A DNA stretch of 64,000 bases from Octopus sinensis (taxonomy: Eukaryota): contig NC_042998.1 in NCBI RefSeq assembly GCF_006345805.1, positions 176,452,001 to 176,516,000 of the forward strand, written 5' to 3'. Shown here piece after piece: positions 28,153-40,587 of the stretch (the stretch's first letter is position 1; each line of letters opens with the position of its first letter). Made by a program: the position numbers and the translations under genes. The notes under the pieces were generated by a model that saw only the letters and a list, made by a program, of their open reading frames with translations, was not told the DNA's origin and ran no database searches.

Positions 28153-28190
28153 TCTTTCTGTTGAAGAGCGTAGGCTCGAAACGTAAAAGA
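28153..28190 (+). ncRNA. Minimal hammerhead-like motif with non-canonical U6 (CUGUUGA), within a PLE-like terminal repeat
   Basis: TCTTT-CTGTTGA-A-GAGC(GTAG)GCTC-GAAAC-GTA-AAAGA: 5-bp helix I, 4-bp helix II, loopless ACGT helix III. Confidence 0.6.
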
Positions 28191-28560
28191 CTTGTTTTAT
28201 TTCTATTCCTGAGCGCCATACTAATACAATTGTTTGTTTGTACTCCACCTGCCTTCGTCTTTTCTTTATTACAATTATGCATTTATTGTAGAACACAAGA
28301 AGCTTTATCAATTTATTCTGTATTTCGTCTTTAGTTGAATCAATTTTCCTAAAGATGAAAATATTTTTGTCGAATTGTAAATAATTTACAGAAACTCTAC
28401 TAACTATATTTTCAAAATTGCTGTAATTCTACAAGGATGGAGATTATATAAAACACCATATAGCAATTAGATTCATTAATTATGCATGGCAATGAATAAT
28501 TAGCACTCCACAAAAGCGGTTCTGATGATATACATTTCTCTTTCATTCACTCTCTCTCTT

Positions 28561-28593
<33 letters not shown>

Positions 28594-28705
28594 TTCCCTC
28601 TCTCTCTTTCCCTGCGTATATATGTCTGTGTGTATATATTTGCGTGTGTACATATGTATGTATATATATTGTAATATAAATACACCACACACACACACAC
28701 ACCAT

Positions 28706-28759
<54 letters not shown>

Positions 28760-28772
28760 ACACATATGTATG

Positions 28773-28811
<39 letters not shown>

Positions 28812-28931
28812 ATATAGATAGATAGATCTTATATCATTTATTTGCTCCAGTCATTAGATTGTGGCCATATGTATGTATGGATATATATATAATATATATA
28901 TATATATATAATATATTATATACGTACATGG

Positions 28932-28989
<58 letters not shown>

Positions 28990-29191
28990 GTCTTTTATCA
29001 TTTACTTGCTCCAGTCACTAGATTGTGGCCACGCTGGGGCACCAACTTGAAGGGTTTGAGTTAAGCGAAATGATCTGAGCATTGATATTCGAAGCCTGAT
29101 AATTTACAATTTCCGATCTCACAAATTTACTCTTGAAGCTTTTTAGGGACTATCCAGCTCTGAGTTTTACAATTCTGTAATAAAAAAAAAA

Positions 29192-29235
<44 letters not shown>

Positions 29236-29275
29236 TAATAATAATAATCATGATGATGATGATGATGATGATGAT

Positions 29276-29836
29276 GATATGCCCTGATGCAGTACCACAG
29301 AGTGGCTCTCATCGCTTCTGATCTTAAATGAGTGGAAGTTTTATTATGTACATTGTTTTGTCTTGGTATAAAAGATGGGCTACAGCAAACATTCTGCTCA
29401 ATACCAGAGATTTGGTTGTCAGTTGTTTGACCTTAACCAGTTGAGCGTATCCCTTAGTGGCTGATGATATGTACATCTCTGATCACAAGCAGAAGTAGTG
29501 GGGGAGCATCATAGCCATATGTTGAGAGGGATTGTTTGGGGTTTGAATAATTCACCTCTGGAAACATGGGTGTTTTGTTCAACATCCTTAAACAACCCTT
29601 ATTCAGGGACCTTTTGAGCGTAATGGGTTACTCGACCAGAAGAAAATTCTAAGTGGGCCCCACCTTCAAGGTCATGCGCTGTTTATGTTGATATGAGATC
29701 ATCATTTCGCGCACATATAGTTGTGATGCATGTGCCTAGTGTATCCTTATCTGACGGGTAGTCATGATGGGTATACTGGGCTTCGTATATTTTACTCCAG
29801 TGTCACTTTGATGGCATGCACTGCTCTCTCACTCAG
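29276..29836. mobile_element. Unclassified ~560-bp non-coding interspersed element between trinucleotide arrays
   Basis: Sharp boundaries against (TAA)(TGA)n on the left and (CTA)(TAA)n on the right; higher GC than the flanks; no credible ORF. Confidence 0.45.
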
Positions 29837-29911
<75 letters not shown>

Positions 29912-29914
<3 letters not shown>

Positions 29915-30048
29915 AAGACCAAAGCTTATTAACCCGGAACTACCAAGCCAATGTGATAAAAAATGGAGCTGACCCAAAATGCCGATTCTGTAACGATGAG
30001 ATTGAAACTATAGGCCACCTAATCTCAGGATATAGACTCTACACCCTC
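29912..30048 (+). mobile_element. R4/Dong-like LINE fragment
   Basis: QDQSLLTRNYQANVIKNGADPKCRFCNDEIETIGHLISG directly after (TAA)n. Confidence 0.8.
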
Positions 30049-30060
30049 AGATTAGGTGGT

Positions 30061-30364
30061 CTATTCTTTGTAAGCCTAGTACTTATTCTATCGGTCTCTT
30101 TTGCCGAACCGCTAAGTTACAGGACGTAAACACACCAGCATCGTTTGTCAAGCGATATTGGGGGGACAAACACAGACACACAAACATATTCACATACATA
30201 TATACATATACATATATACGATGGGCTTCTTTCAGTTTCCGTCTACCAAATCCACTCACAAGGCTTTGGTCGGCCCGAGGCTATAGTAGAAGACACTTGC
30301 GGGATTGAACCCGGAAACATGTGGTTGGCAAACAAGCTACTTACCACACAACCACTCCTACGCC
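30061..30364 (-). mobile_element. SINE family A (partial)
   Basis: Homologous to the other copies. Confidence 0.85.
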
Positions 30365-30899
30365 ATAGTTGATTTAGCTAGACTTGTGACATACAAAGGC
30401 AAAATGTGGAATAACGTAGATTCCCCCGTTTCCATGACTAGAAATCATGAGTTACCAAGATAGTCTATGTATTATTATCCGTCTGTTGTGATATCAAAGA
30501 TTCGAGAAACAACACAGACAATGCGCAGCATTGCATAAAATGTGGAATGATGCGATATAGACACGAAATAATAATTCTGCAGATAAAATATTAAAAAGAA
30601 AAAAAATGACTAATACAAATGATGAAACTGATTCAATACTTTCTAATTTTAAAAACATAAGAAAAAAATATTACCTACTTGATAGAAATTGAATCGTAAT
30701 TTATCAAAGATTAATCTTTCCTGAATCCTCCTCCTCCTTCTCCTCCTCCTCCTCTTCATCATCATCATCATCATCATCATCATTGTAGTTGTTAAAGTTG
30801 TTATTATGTAGGTTATTACTGCTTTGTTTTATACGATGTATTCTAAGTCTCATCTAGACACCTCAAGTAACAGCAAGATGGACGTTTTATTGCGAGTGT

Positions 30900-32485
30900 T
30901 ATTTATGATTAGCAATGATGCATTGAACGAAAACGAGACCAGAATCTGAGAATTAAGGTTCTGTTGTAGAGCAAATTGTTAATTGTTCCTTCACTATCTC
31001 TAAACTGATATCCTGCTTTTGCCTTCCTTAATACTAAATTGAGGCGGATTAAACGTAAATATAGCACAAATATTAAAGGTAATAACGAGTCTCCCTGGTA
31101 AATTTCTCTCTCGATATTACCTTTCCTTAAGTAAAGATCTACTTTCCATTTTTTAATGCTATAGCTTATTAACACTCTTATGCTGTCTGCAATATTGAAT
31201 GTGTAATTTTGTCATAGATTTTTCTTAAAAATCTATCCATACTTCTTTTAGAACTGCTTTGTCTACATATTAGGTATCATGTTTTCCTCTAGAGTTCTTC
31301 CTGCAACCTTTCTGGAAATAGATTCTTGCTGTCAAAGTGCTCATAAAGGCCTTCTGAGAGCATTCTTGTCAACAGCTTCTACACTAATGGTAAACAAGTG
31401 ATTGGTTTGTAATTACTAGTACCAAGGTCAGTGGTGTCATGCAGTGAACAAACAACAATGGGCGTAAGCTATCACCCTGAAAAATCCCTCTTCTGATACC
31501 CAGGGTGCCCAAGCTTATTTTATTTATCCTGAGTTACATTCAAGTATAAAAATCAACCACCACAGACCCCAATTATCAATTTATAAAATGCATATCATAA
31601 AATTTATATATTATTTATAAATTTCATTTATAAAAGTCGTTAGTTTAATAAAAATATTCAAATTACACAGAATATTTTAATGATGCTTCTCTCACTTTAT
31701 AAAGTATAAAAATCAACCACCACAGACCCCAATTATCAATTTATAAAATACATATCATAAAGCTTTTTCCGTAAGATGTCAGTTCAATTTTCCACCCCAC
31801 CATACTTCTCTTCAGGAAACACGTTACATTCCTTGCAATTCTAAACATATCCAAGCACTCGATGATCCACGAATGTGGAATCATATCATAAGCTTTGCGA
31901 TAGGCAATCCAGGCTATTCCCAAATGTGCCCTCCTTCGTTTATAATCTTGCATTACCATTTTGTCTATCAATAATTGATCTTTGGTTCCTCCGTATCTCC
32001 GTCTACAGCCTTTTTGTTCCGTCGGTAATATATCATTCTCATCAAGAAATTTGTACAGTTCTTCTGTAATTCCTCTTTACAATAACTTCCATATTAATGG
32101 GAGGCAAGAAATTGGTCTGTAATTGTCAGCAGCATTTCCCTTTTATGCATCCTTCAGACAAAATACTGTTCGTCCTTTTCTCAACGATCTCGAGATTTCT
32201 TCTTCTCCATTGATCAATGCATTTAATTGCCCTGCGATCAACTTACGGCAATTACTTCAGGCTACAGAGCCATTCAGCTGTAGTATTATGTTATTCTTAC
32301 TTACTCCATATCTTACTCCCGAAAAGTAAACTTCCATCAGCATCAGAGATTAATCTTCCACGTTTTTTATCATCATTAATCTCTTGATAAAATCTTTTTG
32401 GGTCGGTTCTAAACAATTTTATTTTGCCAGTATTGCTTATTTCGTTGTCCAAACCTAGCTAGCTTTGCTTTTTTTAGAAAATATG
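30900..32485 (-). mobile_element. Cluster of decayed R4-like reverse transcriptase fragments
   Basis: IYQGDSLLPLIFVL; YKPITCLP; RRGIFQGDSL; NYRPISCLPLIWKL; [21 protein letters not shown]. These are RT motifs from at least two copies. Confidence 0.85.
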
Positions 32486-32486
32486 C

Positions 32487-32532
<46 letters not shown>

Positions 32533-32992
32533 AAAAGAAAAGGAAAGGAAGATCAACTAGGAAGGGGAAGGTGACATTTAATTCAGCAAGTTCAGTATAA
32601 TCCATTCAAATCGACAGCGAGAACAGGAGGACTGCTTAGGAATGGTTATAAACAGGAATTGAGGTAGAAATTGGACATAAGGGAAGATGCTAGAGAGAAG
32701 GGCGGGCGCATCACCACCGAGAGAAGGTGCCTACTGCAGCGCACCTTCCGTCGGGGAATAAGTTGAAAGTTGCAGAGACATGTCATATATTTTTTGTATT
32801 ATATTAGGACCATAACATACAGAGTTTTGAGTGGAACTCACTTGGTTGTAAATAAACAAGCAGCCAGCATGGTTCTAGTGGCAACTAAAAATTGTGATTT
32901 CCAGAGAGGGAGAGGCACAGAGAGAGGGGAAGGAGTGAGATAGAGGAAGAGGAAGCGAGGAATGAATTACAGAGGGGAGAATAAGAATAAGA

Positions 32993-33055
<63 letters not shown>

Positions 33056-33058
<3 letters not shown>

Positions 33059-33247
33059 TAGTTTTACTTTTATAGCGGGCTTTCACTTCACTACCGAGCG
33101 CAGCTCTGTGTGCCTTGGGTATGTGCCGTGGTTTGCTGTGATGCTCTTATGGTTACTGTATTGAAAGCGTTTTGCGTAGGATGTGTGCAGTGCCCATTAG
33201 TGCAATTTTCTGTATGTTATATGTGTTTGTAAATCCTGGTGTTTTTG

Positions 33248-33250
<3 letters not shown>
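33056..33250 (-). mobile_element. R4/Dong-like LINE 3' end, copy 1, in (TAA)n
   Basis: ..TPGFTNTYNIQKIALMGTAHILRKTLSIQ* plus 3' UTR, homologous to 54121-54560. Confidence 0.85.
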
Positions 33251-33292
<42 letters not shown>

Positions 33293-33379
33293 CATTATTA
33301 TTATTAATATTATTATTATTATTTATTATTATTATTATTATTATATTATTATTATTATTATTATTATATTATTATTATT

Positions 33380-33571
33380 CAGTAGTTTTACTTTTATAGC
33401 GGGCTTTCACTTCACTACCGAGCGCAGCTCTGTGTGCCTTGGGTATGTGCCGTGGTTTGCTGTGATGCTCTTATGGTTACTGTATTGAAAGCGTTTTGCG
33501 TAGGATGTGTGCAGTGCCCATTAGTGCAATTTTCTGTATGTTATATGTGTTTGTAAATCCTGGTGTTTTTG

Positions 33572-33574
<3 letters not shown>
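33380..33574 (-). mobile_element. R4/Dong-like LINE 3' end, copy 2 (tandem duplicate)
   Basis: Same sequence and same truncation point as 33056-33250. Confidence 0.85.
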
Positions 33575-33618
<44 letters not shown>

Positions 33619-33636
33619 ATTATTATTATTATTGTT

Positions 33637-33702
<66 letters not shown>

Positions 33703-33816
33703 ATATGGAATATTGAATATGGAACCATAATAAGGATATTATTGAGTCACAGAGGTCCAGTGTGGCAGATTGCATGCCAAGGCGAGCTATTATTGTCTAC
33801 ATCACAAGATATGACA
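33703..33816 (+). CDS. Next coding exon of the same WD40-repeat gene
   Basis: Acceptor ttattcag|ATATGG, donor ACA|gtaagt at 33817. 114 nt, phase 0/0. IWNIEYGTIIRILLSHRGPVWQIACQGELLLSTSQDMT continues the previous exon in register (...SHDTTIR|IWN...). Implied intron 10274-33702 (23,429 bp). Confidence 0.85.
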
Positions 33817-34104
33817 GTAAGTTGACTTTACATAAAATATATCAAAAAGTGACACTTTTGTAATGCTGTGGGCAGGAAAGCTTCGATGGACCAAGATTAT
33901 CCATGTGATCACTAACTCCCTCAATGGGTATCTAGAATGTAAAAACGGAACAGGAAGGAAGGAAACTTCATTGGAATCCCTTAGTTGACTGTTGGTAAAT
34001 TACAGAAAATGCTTATGGGACGGGATTTGGTCTTAAATGCAACAGAATGTTCCGGGCTTAACATACGTCTTCAATGACACCTAATTTACTTATGTTATCT
34101 ATCT

Positions 34105-34503
34105 ATATATACATATCACTTCATACATACACACGCACATACATATATACATACATAAATACGTGCATACATAATACATACATAAATACAAGCATGCATA
34201 CATACATACATACATTCATACATGCACACGTGTACATACACATATATATGTATGTATGTAGATATACGTTTTATATATATATATATATATTATATATATA
34301 TACTTACACACACACACATATTACTTATGTATACATTCATGCATAGATATTTATGTGTGTGTATGTACACGTACGTTTTATATAGATATATATATATATC
34401 TATGTGTGTGTATACATATATATATATATAAATATATATGCACGTATATATATACTTACACACACGCACACACACACACGCATATATATTATTTATGTGT
34501 ATG

Positions 34504-34535
<32 letters not shown>

Positions 34536-34761
34536 TGGATGGATGGATGGATGGATGGATGGATGGATGGATGGGTGGATGGATGGATGGATGGATGGGT
34601 GCATGGGTAGATGAATGAATGGATGGATGGATGGATGGATGGCTAGCAAGATAGATTACTCTTAGCAGAATAAGGAGAATAGGAGGCACTGAGAGGTTTA
34701 ATAATACATTCATACATACACACGTGTACATACACATATATATGTATGTATGTAGATATAC

Positions 34762-34804
<43 letters not shown>

Positions 34805-35684
34805 CTTACACACACACATATTACTTATGTATACATTCATGCATAGATATTTATGTGTGTGTATGTACACGTACGTTTTATATAGATATATATATATATC
34901 TATGTGTGTGTATACATATATATATATATATATATATAAATATATATGCACGTATATATATACTTACACACACGCACACACACACACGCATATATATTAT
35001 TTATGTGTATGTATATGTACGTATGTATGTATGGATGGATGGATGGATGGATGGATGGATGGATGGATGGATGGGTGGATGGATGGATGGATGGATGGAT
35101 GGGTGGATGGATGGATGGGTGGATGGATGGATGGGTGGATGGATGGATGGATGGGTGGATGGATGGATGGATGGATGGATGGATGGATGGGTGCATGGGT
35201 AGATGAATGAATGGATGGATGGATGGATGGATGGATGGATGGATGGCTAGCAAGATATATTACTCTTAGCAGAATAAGGAGAATAGGAGGCACTGAAGAG
35301 GTTTAATAAACCCGGAATATTCCTACTGCTTTCATCAATTGCTTTAAAGATCAAATCCCGTATCGTATCTTTAATTTGCAAAAAGTTCAATAAGTGATTT
35401 TACTGAAGTTTCCTTCCTTCTTCGTTCGTTTTTTTCGATTTTAAACACATCTTGAGTGAGGTTTTGTTTTTGCTTCCTAATTTTTTATCTTTTGTTTGTT
35501 TTATAGTCATTAAATTGCGGCCATGCTGGATCACAGTCTTGGAAAAAAAATTTAGTCGAATGAATAGACCGCAGTATTTAATTTTGTTTGCTAAGCCTGG
35601 TACTTATTCTATAGGTGTCTTTTGCCGAACCGCTAAGTTACAGGGACGTAAGCACACCGACACTGGTTGTCAAGCAGACACCAA

Positions 35685-35740
<56 letters not shown>

Positions 35741-35763
35741 TACACACACACACACGCACACAA

Positions 35764-35798
<35 letters not shown>

Positions 35799-35905
35799 CG
35801 ACGGGATATTTTCAGTTTCGTCTACCAAGTTCACTCACATGGCTTTGGTCGGCCTGAGGCTATAGCAGAAGATACAAGGCCAAGATGCCATGCGGTGGGA
35901 CTGAA
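34105..35905. repeat. Left arm of a large inverted duplication (contains an internal ~0.55-kb tandem duplication and a family A SINE at 35487-35949)
   Basis: Reverse complement of 37792-39030, including unique sequence (e.g. 35281-35460 vs 38250-38435). Confidence 0.9.
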
Positions 35906-36034
35906 CCCGGAATCATATGGTTAGGAAGCAAGCGTCTTACTACACAGCAGATTTTAGATATTTTTTTTCTCTGCAAATCTTTCTTTCTTTCCTCCTTTTC
36001 TTTTCTGTTTTGAAAATATTGTAGAGTTGAACTA

Positions 36035-36184
36035 GAGAGTATCTGAATCGTAAAACCAACTGGGAAATTGATATTGATATATATAATTGTGTCACTGTAT
36101 TTCAATTGTATACATACATACATACATACATACATACATACATACATACATACATACATACATACATACATACATACATACATT

Positions 36185-36216
<32 letters not shown>

Positions 36217-36222
36217 CATACA

Positions 36223-36256
<34 letters not shown>

Positions 36257-36727
36257 CATACATACATACATACATACATACATACATACATACATACATT
36301 CATACATACATACATACATACATACATACATACATACATACATACGTACATACATACGTACACATATGCATACATAGGTGTGTGTATGTGTGCATGCTTG
36401 TCTGTGTATGTATGTTTGTATGTATTTATGTATGTATGCATGTATGTATGTATGTATGTATGTAAATATGTATGTATGTGCGTATGTATGTATGTATGTA
36501 TGTATGTATATATGTATGTATGTGTGTATCAATGTATGTATGCATGTATATATGTATGTGTATGTATGTGTGTATGTATGTATGTATGTACGTACGTACG
36601 TAATTATGTATGTATACCTGTATGTATATTTGTATATATATATATATATATATGTATGTCTATTAAATATAGTGACACTGATTACGAATATTAATTCGCC
36701 AGTTGGCTGAAAGATCAGATCCTCTCT
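36035..36727. repeat. Fold-back/MITE-like element with ~70-bp imperfect terminal inverted repeats and (CATA)n/(TATG)n arms
   Basis: GAGAGTATCTGA...CCAACTGG...GTGTCACTGTATTT vs AAATATAGTGACAC...CCAGTTGG...TCAGATCCTCTC. A related terminus occurs at 49421-49449. Confidence 0.7.
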
Positions 36728-37735
36728 TATACAACCTTTCTATATTTTCCAAAAAATATTTAATTCACTAACTCTTGGAATTATCTCCCTTCCTTATTGT
36801 GTTTAAGATTTAAGATCTCATAGAGGGAGTACTTGTGCACTAATTACAATCTTAGTTAACAGACGACTTTTTTCAACTCACGAAACTACAAATTTGAAAC
36901 CGTAGGCAATGTGTATTTACAATGTGGAAAGTTTCCTTAGTTGTATCATTGATATCAATAATATAATGCACTTAATATCATTATTTAGCAGGATTGCTTT
37001 GAATTTATGGCATCATATGATTTTACTGTTGTTGCTATTGTTGCTGTGGTTCTTGTTGTTACTGTTGGCGTCGTTGTTGTTGTTTAGCCTCAGAACAGGC
37101 CAAAAGGATTTCCAGCCATGAGAATGTCGTCTGTTATTTCAGACGTAGTATATTGAAACTATAATATCCAATAATGAGTCCATCCCTCAATTTTTTTAAC
37201 TCCGTTGTGGTTTGGAAGATATCTAAGATATCTAAAATAGATTTCAGGCTATTAATGTCACCACGTAAAGTCTACCTCGTTTACGTATGTAATTTACAAA
37301 ATAATATTATTAATGGAGTTTTAAGTGTCTTATTATTTAAAACAATACCAGTTTGTGTATAACATTTTAAGATGAACTGGTTTATCATAGTTAACAATAC
37401 GTAAACTTCAGGTTTGAAGTAAACAATAGAGAACAACATTGCTTGCATGTAAGGAAATGACTCCTGCAGTTGTCTTTGATTAATTATGGCATTGGTAAAT
37501 GTTAGTTTTCGTAGCACGATTCTCTTTCAATAAAGCAAATGAAATTGTTCGTATGTAAAAGGATAACATTTACAAGAATTCGTGAGAGCACACATTTATA
37601 TATATGACGGTGTGTGTGTGTGTGTGTGAGTATGTGCGTGCATGTATATATGCATATATTCATGTATTATATATATGTATATGTATGTATGACAATGTAT
37701 ATATGCATATATATATATATATATTATATATATAT

Positions 37736-37791
<56 letters not shown>

Positions 37792-37795
<4 letters not shown>

Positions 37796-37898
37796 GTCCC
37801 ACCGCATGGCATCTTGGCCTTGTGTCTTCTGCTATAGCCTCAGGCCGACCAAAGCCATGTGAGTGAACTTGGTAGACGAAACTGAAAATATCCCGTCG

Positions 37899-37937
<39 letters not shown>

Positions 37938-37965
37938 TTTGTGTGCGTGCGTGTGTGTGTGTGTG

Positions 37966-38010
<45 letters not shown>

Positions 38011-38588
38011 TTGGTGTCTGTGTTTGCCTCGCGCCACTGCTTGACAACCAGTGTCGGTGTGCTTACGTCCCTGTAACTTAGCGGTTCGGCAAAAGACACC
38101 TATAGAATAAGTACCAGGCTTAGCAAACAAAATTAAATACTGCGGTCTATTCATTCGACTAAATTTTTTTTCCAAGACTGTGATCCAGCATGGCCGCAAT
38201 TTAATGACTATAAAACAAACAAAAGATAAAAAATTAGGAAGCAAAAACAAAAACCTCACTCAAGGTGTGTTTAAAATCGAAAAAAACGAACGAAGAAGGA
38301 AGGAAACTTCAGTAAAATCACTTTATTGAACTTTTTGCAAATTAAAGATACGATACGGGATTTGATCTTTAAAGCAATTGATGAAAGCAGTAGGAATATT
38401 CCGGGTTTATTAAACCTCTTCAGTGCCTCCTATTCTCCTTATTCTGCTAAGAGTAATCTATCTTGCTAGCCATCCATCCATCCATCCATCCATCCATTCA
38501 TTCATCTACCCATGCACCCATCCATCCATCCATCCATCCATCCACCCATCCATCCATCCATCCATCCATCCATCCATACATACATACA

Positions 38589-38620
<32 letters not shown>

Positions 38621-38825
38621 CATACACATAAATAATATATATGCGTGTGTGTGTGTGCGTGTGTGTAAGTATATATATACGTGCATATATATTTATATAT
38701 ATATATATATATGTATACACACACATAGATATATATATATATCTATATAAAACGTACGTGTACATACACACACATAAATATAATGCATGAATGTATACAT
38801 AAGTAATTTGTGTGTGTGTGTAAGT

Positions 38826-38861
<36 letters not shown>

Positions 38862-39030
38862 ATATAAAACGTATATCTACATACATACATATATATGTGT
38901 ATGTACACGTGTGTATGTATGAATGTATGTATGTATGTATGCATGCTTGTATTTATGTATGTATTATGTATGCACGTATTTATGTATGTATATATGTATG
39001 TGCGTGTGTATGTATGAAGTGATATGTATA
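37792..39030. repeat. Right arm of the inverted duplication (includes a family A SINE at 37792-38232, + strand)
   Basis: See left arm. Differs by a few substitutions and indels, and by a ~19-bp segment absent from the left arm. Confidence 0.9.
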
Positions 39031-39682
39031 TATATATATATATATATAGATATATATATATATATACATACGCATATATATATATATATACGCATGTGTG
39101 TGAGTGTGTGTATGTGTGTATGTATGCGTGCATGCACGCATGCGTGTGCATTTATATATATGCATATATACGCATATATATACGTATATACACACATACA
39201 TACATATATGCATATACATATATTCATAAATATATATATATGCATACACACGCGCACAAATGCATATATGTGTATATATATGCATGCGCGTGCGCGTGTG
39301 TGTGCGTGCGTGCGTTCGTGTGTGTGTATATCCCTTGAATTAAAGACCTAACAACTATTCGAAGAAAGTTAGAAGTATGAAGAATACAAGTTTTCCAAAG
39401 TACTGAATGTTTGTCGAAATTTGCTTCGCAAAACCATAAAAAAAAAGAAATGAATCCTCCAGAAATAAAACTTACAACATATATACAGAATGGACAGTGA
39501 CACAAACAAGAACTTGTTAATTGACAATGTAACTAAGAGATTTTAAAAGAAAAAATAACAACATGAAACGTTACAATGACATCAACGAAGAAGCTAAGTT
39601 TATAGCGAAAAAGAAAACGTAAATTATGCAATGTAATGGAATGTTTCAACGAAACAGACACTACGAATAAAACTAGACGTGT

Positions 39683-39915
39683 TCTTTTACTTTTTTACTT
39701 GTTTCAGTCATTTGACTGTGACCATGCTGGAGCACCGCCTTTAGTCGAGCAAATCGACCCCTGGACTTATTCTTTGTAAGCCTAGTACTTATTCTATCGG
39801 TCTCTTTTGCCGAACCGCTAAGTTACGGGGAACGCCAACACACCAGCATCGGTTGTCAAGCGATGTTGGGGGGACAAACACAGAAGCACAAACGTATACA
39901 TATACATATACATAC

Positions 39916-39952
<37 letters not shown>

Positions 39953-40152
39953 TATAATATATATATATATATACATATATACATATATACGACGGGCTTC
40001 TTTCAGTTTCCGCTTACCAAATCCACTCACAAAGCTTTGGTCGGCCCGCGACTATAGTAGAAGACACCTGCCCAAGGTGCCACGCAGTGAGACTGAACCT
40101 GGAACCATATGGTTGGTAGGCAAGCTACTTACCATACAGCCACTCCTACGCC
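39683..40152 (-). mobile_element. SINE family A, full length
   Basis: Complete head-to-tail copy. Confidence 0.9.
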
Positions 40153-40289
40153 TATATTAAGAAATCCAATTAAGTTATAAAAGGGCTTAATGAGTAAAAG
40201 TAGTAACGGTCATTTTCAAAGCATTTTTTCTGATGGTCCGATAACTGAAGAGATGCCGGCATGGTTTTCCGCCCCGATATCAGAAACTG

Positions 40290-40327
<38 letters not shown>

Positions 40328-40495
40328 CGCCTACAGAAAAATACTTCCATCACCCGTCACTTGTGCGCTATACTAGCAGATCTACCCATCATCTCACAGC
40401 GGAATTTAAACTCAGAATTTAGCGACGGGTGAAATACTGCGAAGCATTTCATGCAGCGTATTAAGGATTCTGCCGGCTCACTGCTTCGAGCAAAA

Positions 40496-40587
<92 letters not shown>

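Noticed and set aside
33056-33574. Repeat-spacer-like pattern suggestive of CRISPR or a tandem gene
   Set aside because: Units are LINE 3' ends separated by microsatellites in eukaryotic DNA; no CRISPR architecture anywhere in the window.
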